Shown here: one piece after another, positions 39,909-51,050 of the stretch
How positions within the stretch are numbered: position 1 is the stretch's first letter
Layout: each line of letters begins with the position of its first letter
Assembly: GCA_963813335.1 (NCBI GenBank)
Contig: CAWEYL010000001.1
Coordinates: 736,001 to 800,000 of the forward strand
From: an uncultured Chloroflexia bacterium
Lineage (GTDB): Bacteria; Chloroflexota; Limnocylindria; Limnocylindrales; CSP1-4
Direction: 5' to 3'
DNA: 64,000 bases
Notes under the pieces: generated by a model
What the model saw: only the letters and a program-made list of their open reading frames with translations
What the model was told of the DNA's origin: nothing
The model's database searches: none
Translations under genes and position numbers: made by a program

Positions 39909-40052
39909 CGGCGCGTAACGTCTGAGGGGCGCTCCGCGTCCCAGTCTCGCCGGCCGAGACGACCGCGGCGTGACAAATTCGCGTGCACCAGCGAAGATGT
40001 CGCGGCCGCCGGGGACGAGGCCCGGCGCCGGCCGACCGCACATGAGCATCTG

Positions 40053-42160
40053 ATGACCGACTTGCCCAACAACGAAGCCGACCAGGCTGCCAACGCCTCA
40101 ACACCCGACGACGAGACGCCCGCCGGCGTCGCCACGCCCGACGACGAGACGCCCGCCGGCGTGCCGCGCCCGCCGGCGACCCTGAGCTCGCGGCGCTCGT
40201 GGGGGGCGATGGGGCGCCTGCCGATGACGAGACGACCCAGGCCGCCCCGGATGATGCCACCGCGGATGATGCGACCACCGCCGACGTCGATGCCGTGCCG
40301 GTCCTGCCCGTCGCGGCCGCCGTGACCGACGGCGAGCCCCCGGCACGGCCTCGGCGCCGACGGTCGCTCGTCCTCCGCTTCGGCGTCTCGTTCGTCCTGG
40401 GCTTCCTGCTCGCCGTCGGCATCGGCACCGGCGTCCTGTACGCGTGGGGCCAGCAGTACGACGGCCGGGTCCTGCCCGGCGTCCGCGTCGGCAGCACGGA
40501 ACTCGGCGGGCTCACCCGCGAGCAGGCGGAGGCGGAGATCGCGAACGCCTATGGGTCGCTCGGCACCGGGCAGATCACGCTCACCGGCCCGGACGGCCAG
40601 ACGACGACCATCAGCTACGCCGACGTCGGCCGCGGCCCCGACACCTCGGCGCTGCTCGACGCGGCACTCGCGGCAGGCCGCCAGGGCGAGCCCCTCGCGA
40701 ACCTCATCGGCGCACCCCAGGCCGCGATCCACGGCGTGACCCTCGACTCCGCCGTCGCCTACGACCGCGACAAGCTGGCGGCCGCCGTCGAGACCCTCGC
40801 CACGACGATCGACCAGACCCCCGCGGACGCCTCCGTGTCGGCCGGCCAGGGCGGGACGTTCAGCGTCTCCCCGGCGAAGGACGGTCGCGCCGTGGACAAG
40901 GCGGCCCTGCTGACCGCGCTCGACCAGCAGCTCGCGGCGCTCGACACGCCGGCGTCGATCACGATGGCCGTGCCGGTCGTGTCGTTGGCACCCGCCGTCG
41001 CCACCGCCTCGGCCGAGGCGGCGAAGGCGGCCGCGGATCGAATGGCCGCCGACGTGGTCGTCGCCCGGGGCGAGGACAGCTGGACGATCGCCGGCACGAG
41101 CCTCGCGCCGCTGATCTCGTTCTCGACCGCGGCCGACGGGAGCATCACCCCGGTCTTCGACGAGTCGGGCCTCGACCCGATCCTCAAGACGCTGGCCAAG
41201 AATGTCAACCAGACCGCGCGGGACGCGGGCCTCAAGCTGGTCGGCGGACACGTCGTCGCCACCGGCACCAGCCGCGAGGGCCGAACGCTCAACGCTGACG
41301 GCATGAAGGCCGCGATCATCAGCGAGATCGGGGCCCGCCAGGCGGGCGCGGCGGCATCGCCGGTCGAGGCCGTCGTCAAGGCCGTCGACCCGAAGCTGAC
41401 CATCGGCCGACGCCAAGGCGTTCGCCGCCAAGATGCGGCCCATCAGCTCGTACAGCGTCTTCTACTGGGTCATCGTCAACAACCACTGGGGCGGGAACAT
41501 CGAGGCGCCGGCCACGAAGATCAACGGCACGGTCGTGCCGGCAGGCGCGACGTTCGACTTCTGGAAGGTCGTCGGCGACCTGCGCAAGCTCCCGGGCACG
41601 GGCCCCGGCAACGCGATCGAGGGCGGGAAGATCACCGTCACCGGCGCGTTCGGCGGCGGCATCTGCACCACGTCCACGACGCTGTTCAACGCGGCGTTCC
41701 GGGCCGGCATGGTGCCGCTCGCCAAGCAGAACCACAACGAGTTCATCACCCGGTATCCGCCGGGCCTCGATGCCACCGTGTGGATCGTCGGCAACACCAA
41801 GCAGACCATGAGCTTCAAGAACGACACCAAGTACCCGATCCTGATCACGCGGACCGTCACCCAGGCCGGCAGCAAGCGATGGCTCACGTTCAAGATCTGG
41901 AGCGTGCCGAACGGCCGGACCGCCAAGGTCAGCAACCTGGTCATCCAGCACGGCCCGACGCGCGATCCACACGGATCGTGAAGGATCCGACCAAGCCCGT
42001 GGGGTACCGGTTCTTCAACAACGCCCCGGCGGACGGCGCCAAGGTGTGGGTCACCGTGTCGATCTACGACCACGGCAAGCTCCACTGGACGAAGCGGTAC
42101 TTCTCGAACTACCCAGCGGTCGACGGCGTCACCGTGGTGGGAACCAAGAAGACGACCTGA
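40053..42160 (+). CDS. VanW family protein with peptidoglycan-binding domains (several frameshifts)
   Basis: TM anchor, VLPGVRVG, VanW core GGGICTTSTTLFNA and YPPGLDATV, FKNDT; frame changes near 40160-40200, 41405 and 41960. Confidence 0.8.
40104..40162 (+). repeat. In-frame 33-bp tandem repeat (TPDDETPAGV x2)
   Basis: cccgacgacgagacgcccgccggcgt at 40104 and 40137. Confidence 0.85.
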
Positions 42161-42185
42161 CGCCCGTCTGGCTGGCGCTGGGGGA

Positions 42186-42223
42186 GGGGGATCAGCGCGA
42201 CAGATCGGGGTGATCGCCCCTTT
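42186..42223 (+). terminator. Possible intrinsic terminator after the VanW gene
   Basis: gggggatca...tgatcgcccc imperfect stem followed by ttt. Confidence 0.35.
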
Positions 42224-42332
42224 CGTCGAGCGGGCGTCGTCGATAGCGTCCGGCGCATGGACCGTCAGGGCGTCGTGCCACCTCGGACACAGACCTTCCT
42301 CCTCGAGACGGTACCTGGCCAGGGGAGATCCC

Positions 42333-42987
42333 GTGAACCGACTTCGTGCCGTCCTGATGTCCCTGGCCGTCGTCCTCGTCGCATGCAACGCCACGACGGG
42401 CGGCTCCTCCGGCCCGTCCGAGGCCGCCGTCGCGTCGCCGGTCGCCGTCTCGAGCCTGACCGCGACCGACACACCCGAGACGTCCGCGCCGACCAGCGCG
42501 CCCAGCCCGAGCCCAAGCCAGAGCGATGTGCCCGTCGTCGGGGCGTCGGCCACGCCCGGCGCCTCAGCCAGCCCCGGATCGATCGACCCGTGCACCCTGC
42601 TGACCGCCGCCGAAGCATCGAAGGTCATCGGCACCAAGGTGGGCGCCGGCGTCAGCGCAATCCGCTGATCCGCTCCGGGTCTGCACGTTCAAGGGGAGCG
42701 GCCAGACGGAGCTGAAGGTGTTCCTGGCGGCTCCGGCCCCAGACGCCAAGACCGCGAGCGGCTACTGGGATGGCCAACGCGCCGAGGTCCCGGCAGACAT
42801 CCCCATCAAGGACCTGACCGAGTTCGATCGGTCGGCCTACGGCACGGGTGCCTCCGTAGGGCTGCCCATCAGCGCCCTCTTCGTCCTCGACGGCAGGTAC
42901 TTCTTCGAGGTCTACTGCGGGTTCCCGGCCTGCTCACAGAAGGCCAGCCTGGGCGCCGCCGACCACATCGCCGGCCGTCTGCCCTGA
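42333..42987 (+). CDS. Hypothetical lipoprotein (frameshifted near 42660)
   Basis: VVLVAC lipobox, P/S linker, IDPCTLLT motif; continues in ORF 42718-42987. Confidence 0.7.
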
Positions 42988-43012
42988 TGCGACGGCGCGC
43001 GTCGAGGCCGTC

Positions 43013-43573
43013 CTAGACGTCGGCCTCGGGCGCCTCCATGCGCTCGAGGAGCGCCAACGTCGTCTGCCAGCTGCGGATCGTCATCGACTTGTAGGCCGGC
43101 GTCCCCACGATCTTGCTGAGGCGGCTCTTGGTCCGTTGGGCACTCAGTCGCTGCGAGTAGATCACGCCGCTTCCGGGCCACACCTCGTCGACGCCGGGCC
43201 GCGGGTCGAAGACCTGCATGGCCGTCGGCGCGTCGATGTCGATGAGGAACACCGCGTCGCTGTGGTACGTCTCCGGATGATCGCCGAAGCCCTTCGGCCG
43301 GTTCCGGACGACGGCGCGGAGCTGGTCCAGCGTCAGGATCAGCACCGCGATCAGCTCGCTGTCGAGCTTGAAGGTCTTGGGGAGCGCCTCCTCGAGCTCT
43401 CGCTTGATCGCGGTCGCGGACTGGTCGGAGCTCAGGATCACGTTGCCGCTGGCGATGTAGGTGGAGACCTTCGTGTGGCCGTGCGATTCGAGGAGGTCGC
43501 GCAGGGCCGCCATCGGCACCTTGTTCCGGCCGCCGACGTTGATCCCGCGCAGGAGGACGAGGTATCGGGTCAC
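43013..43573 (-). CDS. DUF1697 domain protein
   Basis: YLVLLRGINVGGRNKVPMAAL, TYIASGNV, TIRSWQT. Confidence 0.9.
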   Translation of the reverse strand: MTRYLVLLRGINVGGRNKVPMAALRDLLESHGHTKVSTYIASGNVILSSDQSATAIKRELEEALPKTFKLDSELIAVLILTLDQLRAVVRNRPKGFGDHPETYHSDAVFLIDIDAPTAMQVFDPRPGVDEVWPGSGVIYSQRLSAQRTKSRLSKIVGTPAYKSMTIRSWQTTLALLERMEAPEADV

Positions 43574-43575
43574 GC

Positions 43576-44031
43576 TCAGCGCTTCCCGAACCCCGGGATG
43601 GCCGTGGCCTGCTGCATCCACGAGGCGATCTGGCGTTCGTCGATGTCGTCCAGGGAGGCGAGGTCCACGCCGCGCGTGGCCTTGCCCATCCCGATCGGCG
43701 TCACCGGCGGTTCGGGCTGGAGGGAGGTGCCGCGCCCGAACGCGAGCTTGACGTGGCCTTCGAAGCCGCCGCACGAGAAGCACCAGCCGTCGCCGACGCC
43801 ATAGAACGCCATGCCCCATTTCACGGCGCGCTGCAGGTCCGGCAGCGTCTCGGCCGCCAGGGCATCGACGCGCTCGGCGATGGAGCGTTGCGGCTGCGGC
43901 AGGCTGGCGATGTAGGCGAAGACCGGCTTGTCGCCGACCGCGGCCTTGGCGGGGCTGGCCCTGCCCGTCATGGCGGCCGGCAGCGTCGTGAGGACGTTGC
44001 CTTGCTCGGCCGTCGGCTTCTGGCTTGCCAT
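43576..44031 (-). CDS. DUF1801 domain protein
   Basis: AVKWGMAFYG, HVKLAF..GTSL.P.PP; GAGGAGG RBS. Confidence 0.8.
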   Translation of the reverse strand: MASQKPTAEQGNVLTTLPAAMTGRASPAKAAVGDKPVFAYIASLPQPQRSIAERVDALAAETLPDLQRAVKWGMAFYGVGDGWCFSCGGFEGHVKLAFGRGTSLQPEPPVTPIGMGKATRGVDLASLDDIDERQIASWMQQATAIPGFGKR

Positions 44032-44151
44032 GACGCACCTCCTCGTGCCGCCGGCGATGGCGGCGACGCATCATACGAATGATGCCGAACTCGACGGAGC
44101 GACCGAAGGCCACGAACGTCGGGTCGGATCCTGGAGCAGGGAAGGGGACCC

Positions 44152-44816
44152 GTGAAGCTTCTCCTCACGTCCGGCGGCGTCACGAACGCGAGCATCCGCG
44201 ACGCCCTGGTCGAGCTGCTGGGCAAGCCGATCGAGGACGCCGCGGCGTTGTGCATCCCGACGGCGCAGTGGGGCCACCCGATGTGCGACCCGACCTCGGC
44301 GCGGGGCTTCGTCACCGGCCTGCCCCCGTGGGGTGGCATGACCTCGATGGCGTGGAAGTCGCTGGGCCTCCTCGAGCTGACGGCCCTGCCGACGATCGGC
44401 GCGGAGCGCTGGGTCCCCTGGGTCCGCGAGGCCGACGTCCTGCTCGTCGACGGCGGCGACGCCACGTACCTGTGCCACTGGATGCGCGCGTCCGGGCTCG
44501 CGGACCTCCTGCCATCGCTGCCCGACACGACCTGGGTCGGGCGTGAGCGCCGGGAGCATGGTGATGACCCCGCGGATCGGCGACTTCTTCGTGGAGTGGC
44601 CGTCGGCGCCGGACGACCGCACCCTGGGCATCGTCGACTTCGCGATCTTCCCGCACCTGGACGTCTTCCCGACGAACACGCTCGCCGCGGCCGAGCGCTG
44701 GGCGGCCGACATCGGCATCCCGGGCGTACGTCATGGACGACCAGACCGCCATCCGGGTCGTCGACGGCAAGGTCGACGTCATCTCCGAGGGGACCTGGAA
44801 GCTGCTCGGCAGGTAG
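44152..44816 (+). CDS. Peptidase E (S51)-like class I glutamine amidotransferase domain protein (frameshifted)
   Basis: KLLLTSGG, CIPTA, DGGD; SAGSM nucleophile and FPHLD in a second frame; SEGTW in a third. Confidence 0.82.
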
Positions 44817-44820
44817 TCTC

Positions 44821-44856
44821 GACGGGCCGGGCCCCGGGGGAGGGGACCGGCCCGTC
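44821..44856. terminator. Stem-loop between convergent genes
   Basis: gacgggccgg...ccggcccgtc 10-bp perfect stem. Confidence 0.65.
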
Positions 44857-44862
44857 GTTCAT

Positions 44863-45112
44863 TCAGCGCTGGTAGTGGTCGCGGTCGCCGTCAAAAGCTG
44901 CCACTGCTGAGGCAGCAGGCCGCGTAGCGCTTGCCCGACCCGCATGGGCAGGGATCCTTGCGACCGAGCTTCTCGATGGAAGCAACTCCTTGTCGCCGTG
45001 CACGACGCGGTCGCCGCGCTTGACGTTCGTCTCCGACGGGAACCCGCGGCGACGCTTGCTAGTGGGCTCGAAAGCGCACCTGCGCTTCGAGGTCTCGATC
45101 GTGGCGTGCCAT
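44863..45112 (-). CDS. Small SEC-C motif zinc-binding protein (frameshifted; pseudogene or sequencing error)
   Basis: GAGGAGG RBS; [13 protein letters not shown]...KELL, then [21 protein letters not shown] in another frame. Confidence 0.7.
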
Positions 45113-45279
45113 GACGCACCTCCTCTGGAGCTGGGTGCGACCGAAGCACCTCGGCGCTGCGGGACTATGACACCCGAGGTGACACCGCGCTCGCGCACAC
45201 TCGCCGCGTCATCGGCGAGACGGCCGTCTCCTACACTCGCCGACGCTGTCCGCCGATCGAGCCGGAGGGACGTGAAGCG

Positions 45280-45807
45280 TTGATCACGAGTCCACCGACA
45301 CTGGTCTATCGCGCGATCAGCCGAGCGAGCCATGCCATGGGCCGACGTTGGCCGAGCCTCGACGTTCCGGTGAAGCCCCAGCGCTGGAACGGCGAGGCCC
45401 AGCCCACCATCTATGCGTCACTCGAGCCTGAGGTCGCCGCGGCCGAGAAGCTCGGCCACCTCGCGTCGTCCAGCACCTTGGCATCAGCACGCGCCTTCTG
45501 GGGCTCTGCTCCTGCGATCCACGAAGTGCTTGTCGTCTCATTCGTGCCTGACCTGTTTCGCACGAGCCTCGTCGACCTGAGCGGCCTGCCCGATATCGGT
45601 GACTTCCTGACACCGAATTTGACCGCCAGCCAGGGGTTGGCCGCGGTTCTCGTCGCGAGCGGGGCGACGGCACTACGCGTCCCGTCGGCGGTCTTCTGGC
45701 CCGACGTCCGGCTGAATGAGGTCTACTTCGTCACGCTTGCCGGCCAACTCGGGCAAGCGGATTTCCCAGCCGTCACAGAGCACGGTTGGTACATCGGTGC
45801 CGCTTGA
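45280..45807 (+). CDS. RES domain protein (putative NAD+-consuming toxin)
   Basis: VYR...RWN...IYASLE...AAE...SQGLA...LRVPSA...N pattern of the RES family. Confidence 0.7.
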   Translation: MITSPPTLVYRAISRASHAMGRRWPSLDVPVKPQRWNGEAQPTIYASLEPEVAAAEKLGHLASSSTLASARAFWGSAPAIHEVLVVSFVPDLFRTSLVDLSGLPDIGDFLTPNLTASQGLAAVLVASGATALRVPSAVFWPDVRLNEVYFVTLAGQLGQADFPAVTEHGWYIGAA

Positions 45808-45850
45808 CAGTGGGATAAGGGTGGGATACGGTCGGGATACGCATGGGAGA
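45804..45850 (+). promoter_or_regulatory. Sigma70-type promoter TTGACA-N17-TACGGT overlapped by four GGGA(T/G)A repeats at 11-bp period
   Basis: TTGACA 45804-45809, TACGGT 45827-45832; repeats at 45812, 45823, 45834, 45845. Confidence 0.7.
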
Positions 45851-45855
45851 CGGAC

Positions 45856-46257
45856 ATGTCCGCCGTCATCGAGTCCATCCAGGTCGTCCAAGGTGCGACC
45901 GACCAAACCTCTCTGTTGACCGTTGCGCGCTTCTTCCGGGTCCCGCCGACGGGCGAGGTCATGCAAAAGCTGACCGGCAAGGGCAGTTCGGTCCTGGAGC
46001 GCGTCAAGAATGGCGGCAAGCTCGGATCGGCGGATGACCGGGCGCACTTGGAAGTCCTGGCAGCGTTCGTGCGCGAGTTGGGCGGCTACCTTGCGCGCGC
46101 GATGGGGCCCAGGGATGACTCTGGATTCGGGATGGAACGTTGGCTCGCCGGCGGGCAGGTCGAGGTCGGCGCCCGTATCTACCGGCCGATCGACGCACTT
46201 TCCGATCGCGACCTGGCGGTGGGCGCCTTGAATACGCTTCGAGCGACACTGGATTGA
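45856..46257 (+). CDS. Hypothetical protein, putative Xre/MbcA/ParS-like antitoxin
   Basis: Adjacent to the RES gene; C-terminal WL...RPIDAL resembles the toxin-binding domain of RES antitoxins; possible N-terminal HTH. Confidence 0.5.
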   Translation: MSAVIESIQVVQGATDQTSLLTVARFFRVPPTGEVMQKLTGKGSSVLERVKNGGKLGSADDRAHLEVLAAFVRELGGYLARAMGPRDDSGFGMERWLAGGQVEVGARIYRPIDALSDRDLAVGALNTLRATLD

Positions 46258-46288
46258 TAAACCATCGGGTCAAGTCCAACGAGGGCCG

Positions 46289-48223
46289 TTGATGCACCTC
46301 TATCAAGGCACGACCGACCAATTCATTGGCGACGCCACCCAGGCACGCATCGCCAACTACTTGTCTGACCGGTTCTTCGAGGAGTTCCGGTATCGGCCGG
46401 GGCAGTCCGAGGTCAATTCGTGGCGCAACTCGCTCGCCGCGATGGCCAATGTCCTCCAATCTGCGGACCTTACGGACCAGGGGATCCTCGTCGAGCTGAA
46501 GCTCCCGCTGTCTTCGAAACGCCTCGACGTGATGATCACGGGCTCCAACCCGGTCACCGGGGACTCCGCGGTGATCGTCGAGCTCAAGCAGTGGACGGAC
46601 GTCGGCCGCTCGAACGTCACCGACTGCGTGACGATCGACTACGGCGGCCGGGCGCGAGACACGCTGCATCCATCGCGGCAGGTCGCCCAATACCAGCGGT
46701 ATCTGCTCGACACCCATCCAGCCTTCGGCGACGATCCGGCCATCTCCCTCGACGCCTGCGCCTACCTGCACAACGCCGAGCGCGACCCGAAGTCGCCGCT
46801 GAACCTTCCTGAATTCACTTCCCTCATGGCCTCGAACCCGGCTTTCACCGGGAGCGAGCGGAGCGCGCTGATCGACTTTCTCGAGGCGCGAGTGGTCGGG
46901 CCCGATGACGGCTCGATCCTCGATCGTGTCGCGAGCACGGCGTTCCGCCCGCACAAGCGTCTGCTCGACCATGTCGCGCGAGTCATCAAGCAGGAGCCGG
47001 TCTTCACGCTCCTGGACGAGCAGCAGGTCGCCTACAACGCGATCATGGATTCGGTCCGGTCGGCCGGCCAGAACCAGCAGAAGGTCGCGTTCATCGTCGC
47101 GGGCGGGCCTGGGACCGGGAAGTCGGTCATCGCGGTCAACCTGGTAGCGGAGCTATCCGGACTCGGCCTGCGGACCCTGCACCTCACGGGCTCGAAGGCC
47201 TTCACGGAGAACCTTCGGAAGATCGTCGGGCCGCGTGCCAGCGCGATGTTCAAGTACTTCCGCGACACGGCGACCGTCGACGAGCCACTCGATGTAGCCA
47301 TCCTCGACGAGGCTCATCGGATTCGGACGATCAGCACGAGCCGCTTCACTCCGGCGAAGGCCCGAACTGGCAAGGCCCAGATCGACGACATCCTCGACGC
47401 GAGCCGAGTCACGGTGTTCTTCATCGATGACCTGCAGGTGGTTCGTCCAGGCGAGGTCGGCAGCACGGACCTGATTTGCGAGTCGGCCGCCAAACGCGGC
47501 CTCGAAGTCCGCGAGTTCGAGCTCGAGGCGCAGTTCCGCTCGAACGGCTCCGACGCCTTCATCCAATGGGTCGATAACACGCTTGAGCTGGCGCGAACAC
47601 CGCAGGTCCTTTGGCCGATGGACGATGACTTCGACTTCCGAATCGTCGGCTCGGTCGGCCAACTCGAGCACATGATCCGTGCCAAGGCGGGGGAGGGGTC
47701 GACCGCTCGCCTCGTCGCCGGGTTCTGTTGGCCCTGGTCCGACCCCGACGACACGGGCGACCTTGTGCCCGACGTCAGGGTGGGGGAGTGGTCGATGCCC
47801 TGGAATGCCAAGGACGGCGTCGGTCGGCTCGGGTCAGGCATTCCGAAGTCAGACTTCTGGGCGAGCGCGCCGGAGGGGATCAACCAAGTCGGCTGCGTCT
47901 ACACGGCGCAGGGCTTCGAGTTCGACTACGTCGGGGTCATCTTCGGCCCGGATCTCGTGCTACGGACGATGGAAGGCGGGTGGCTCGGCCAGCGCGACGC
48001 AGTCGCACGACCGAGTCGTCCGCCGTGGCGTCACCGATCAGGAATTCACCGAGTTCGTGAAGAGCACGTACCGCGTACCTGCTGACGCGGGGCCTCCGCG
48101 GCTGCTACGTTGTACTTCATGGACGCCGCGACGCGGGACTTCCTTCTTAGCCGCTGTGAGCGCATCCTACCCGCCGCATTGAACGCGGCTGAGACTGCTC
48201 GGGAATTCGAGCCGACAGAATGA
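46289..48223 (+). CDS. DUF2075 family nuclease-helicase (frameshifts near 47960-48115)
   Basis: N-terminal PD-(D/E)xK-like RLDVMI...IVELKQW; Walker A GGPGTGKS, Walker B ILDEAH, QFR, YTAQGFEFDYVGV; repaired C-terminus ...TRGLRG...MDAATRDF ends at TGA 48223. Confidence 0.85.
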
Positions 48224-50971
48224 GTCGAGCTACCGGGGAACCCGATTTCGATCCAGCCGACGCGGCGGGTGAACAGCCCGAGCGCATCGCCCCTGAGACA
48301 ACAACGACCGGAGAAACGAACCCGCTTATCGCAATGTCCGCACGGGTTGACCCCTGGCTGCAGGACCTTATTCGTCGTGCCTACACGCAGGGGCGTTTGA
48401 GCGCCGCAGATATCTCGGCGGGCCTGGACCTGCTGAAGAGGGACAAACACATCGACATCGGGGCTGGTGGAATTGAGGCCGAGCCGCTCACGGCTGCGCA
48501 CCTCCGGCCGACGACAACGACCGCGCTGCCAGTTGTGCTGAACGCGCTTGCGGAAGCTCGGTCCGTGAACAGGCTCGCAGATGATCAGGAGCTCAACTTC
48601 GCCGTAACCGGGGTAACGGTGATCTATGGCGACAACGCGAGCGGGAAGAGTGGCTACACCCGCCTCTTGAAGAGGCTTTGCCGGACGCGGTCTGGGGCTC
48701 GTGAGCCGATACTCTCGGACGTCTTCGCCACTGTTGGCGGATTCAGGCCCCGGGCTGAGGTCCGTTTTACGATCGGAGGAGGCGCAGTCCAATCCGCGAT
48801 ATGGCAAGAAGGCGACGACCCTCCGGCAGACCTCTCGAGGCTTTCGGTCTTCGACGCGAGGTCGATTCCCATCTACGCGGATCAACACAATGAGATGGAG
48901 TTTCTCCCTTATCACCTAGACGTTCTCCCCGAAGTCGCCCGTGGCATGCAGCACATGGCGGAGCTTCTTGAGGTCGAGATACTGGCGTCGCGTCGAGTCC
49001 TCGAGCGAGCATTCCCTGTCGATGTGCGCGAGACATCTGCCGAAGCGCGCGTCCGCGGACTGACGACCGAGGCGCCGGCGGATGAGTTGGCGACCGCAGC
49101 CGAAATCACCGAACTCGCCAGCTTGTCGGTGGACGAGCGCGAAGAACTTCGCGTCCTGCGCCTGGCGCTAGCTGAGCATGATCCTCGTGCGGCCGGCGCC
49201 AGACGGACTGAGGCAACTCGTTTCCGCGCGATCGCCGAGCGTCTGATCCCCGCCGAACAACTCCTATCAGACGAGGCGATTGGACGGCTCTCCGCCCTCC
49301 GAGATGAGGCAACGGCCGCAGCAATGGCCGCGGATATGGCTGCCTCAGAGGCGTTCAGTGGAGGAACCGTTTCCCGGAGCGGGAACCGACGCTTGGCGAA
49401 GAATGTATGGGTACGCCGGCGCACTTCTATCGTCAGGCGGACCAGCAGACGAATTCCCGCCGTCGCATCAGGGGGCTGTCTGTCCCCTGTGTATGCAGGA
49501 ACTCGGGCCGGATGCCGTAGATCGCTTCGCGAGATTTCAACGATTTGTTGTCGATCATGCGGCCGCCGAAGCACGCCGCCTTCACGGCTTAGTGGAGGAG
49601 GCATTGGTCCTGATCAGGGACCTCGCTCTCCCGTCACCTGAGTCCGTTTCCGGACTACTTGGTGGGGGAGAGGAGCTTCCGGGACCTGACCCCGCAGGTT
49701 CATTTGTCGAGGCGTTGGTTCAGCGGCGAGCCCTCGTGATCGACGGGCAAGGAGCCGGCGAGCCCCTGGCTCCGCTTACTGGATCCGTTGCCGCCAGCGC
49801 GGAAGCTCGAGCCGCGACACTCGACAGCGAAGCGGCCGCAATTGATGCGAGTGTCGACGACACCCAAAGGCGCGTGGTCGAAGGCCGAGCCAGAGACTTG
49901 AGCGCGCGCGAGGCCCTCGCCGCGCACCTCGACGACCTCCTGGACCGACGCGAGCATGCCGATCGACTTCGTGGACTGCGGCGTGCGCGGAGCGACTGTG
50001 ACACCACGTCCATGTCGCGGTATGCCACAGAACTTCGGCGACAGTTCGTTACGCGCGACTACGCGGATTCGCGCTCAGGACTGAAGCCGCCGCCGTTGGA
50101 TTGGGATACCTACCCCTTCGTATCGACGACCGTACCGAACACGGCGTTAGGCCACATTCGCGTAGCCCTCGACGCTCCGGCCAGCCCAAGGAACCGAGAG
50201 GTCGTAGCGGCACGGTGAGTACCGGGGGCTCGCGCTCGCATGCTTCCTCGCAGAGCTGTCCGACGCGCCCGGTCACTCAGGCATCGTTGTAGACGATCCA
50301 GTGTCCTCGCTGGACCAAGCTCGAACCATCGCAGTGGCGCGACGCCTAGTTCGGTGAGGCAGCTGACGGCCGCCAGGTCATCGTATTCACACACGATCTG
50401 GTGTTTCTCGAAGCGATCCGAGCAGCTGCCTCCGCGACGCAAGTACCGTACCTATCGCATTGGCCGACTCGAGGCGCCGATGATCGGCCCGGCGTGGTGC
50501 GGCCCAATCAGGAGCCTTGGCAGGTTCGCAAGGTACGCACTCGACTTGGCGACCTAAGACAGAGCCAAGCTCAGCTTGCGAGACCCCAGGACCGGTCATC
50601 CGATTTCTATCGCCAGGAGGTGACAGCGTTCTACGCTGCCCTCCGCGAGACATGGGAACGACTGGTCGAGGAACTCCTGCTAAACGACGTGGTCGGGCGA
50701 TTTCAAGTCTCCGTCGCCACTCAGCGTCTCAAAAGGCGTCGAGGTGGGAGACCCTGACTACGCGGCGATATTCCACGCAATGGCTCGTGTCTCCACATTC
50801 TCAGGACACGACACGGCCTTAGCTCGCCACATCGCCCTTCCATCAGCCGACGAGATGCTCGTGGATATCACTGAGCTCGCCACCTATGTCGATTTCATCA
50901 ATGCACGTCGCGGACCGCTGGAAACCAGGCGAAGGCGACTTGAGGAGCCACCAGCAGGTGCGCTGGCTTAA
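48220..50971 (+). CDS. SMC/Rad50-like ABC ATPase with zinc hook, RloC-like (multiple frameshifts)
   Basis: YGDNASGKSG Walker A; CPLC hook; GEYRGLALACFLAE signature region; VVDDPVSSLD Walker B/D-loop; VFTHD H-loop; C-terminal RETWERLVEELL...SGHD. Confidence 0.8.
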
Positions 50972-51050
50972 GGAAGGGTTCGCGGCGTAGACATAACTCA
51001 CCTTATCGGAAGTGACATATCCCTGCATGCGCGGTCCCGCGGCATGTGCG

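Noticed and set aside
45113-51050. Island considered as an integrative mobile element
   Set aside because: No integrase, transposase, tRNA or flanking att repeats were found, so it is not annotated as a mobile element.
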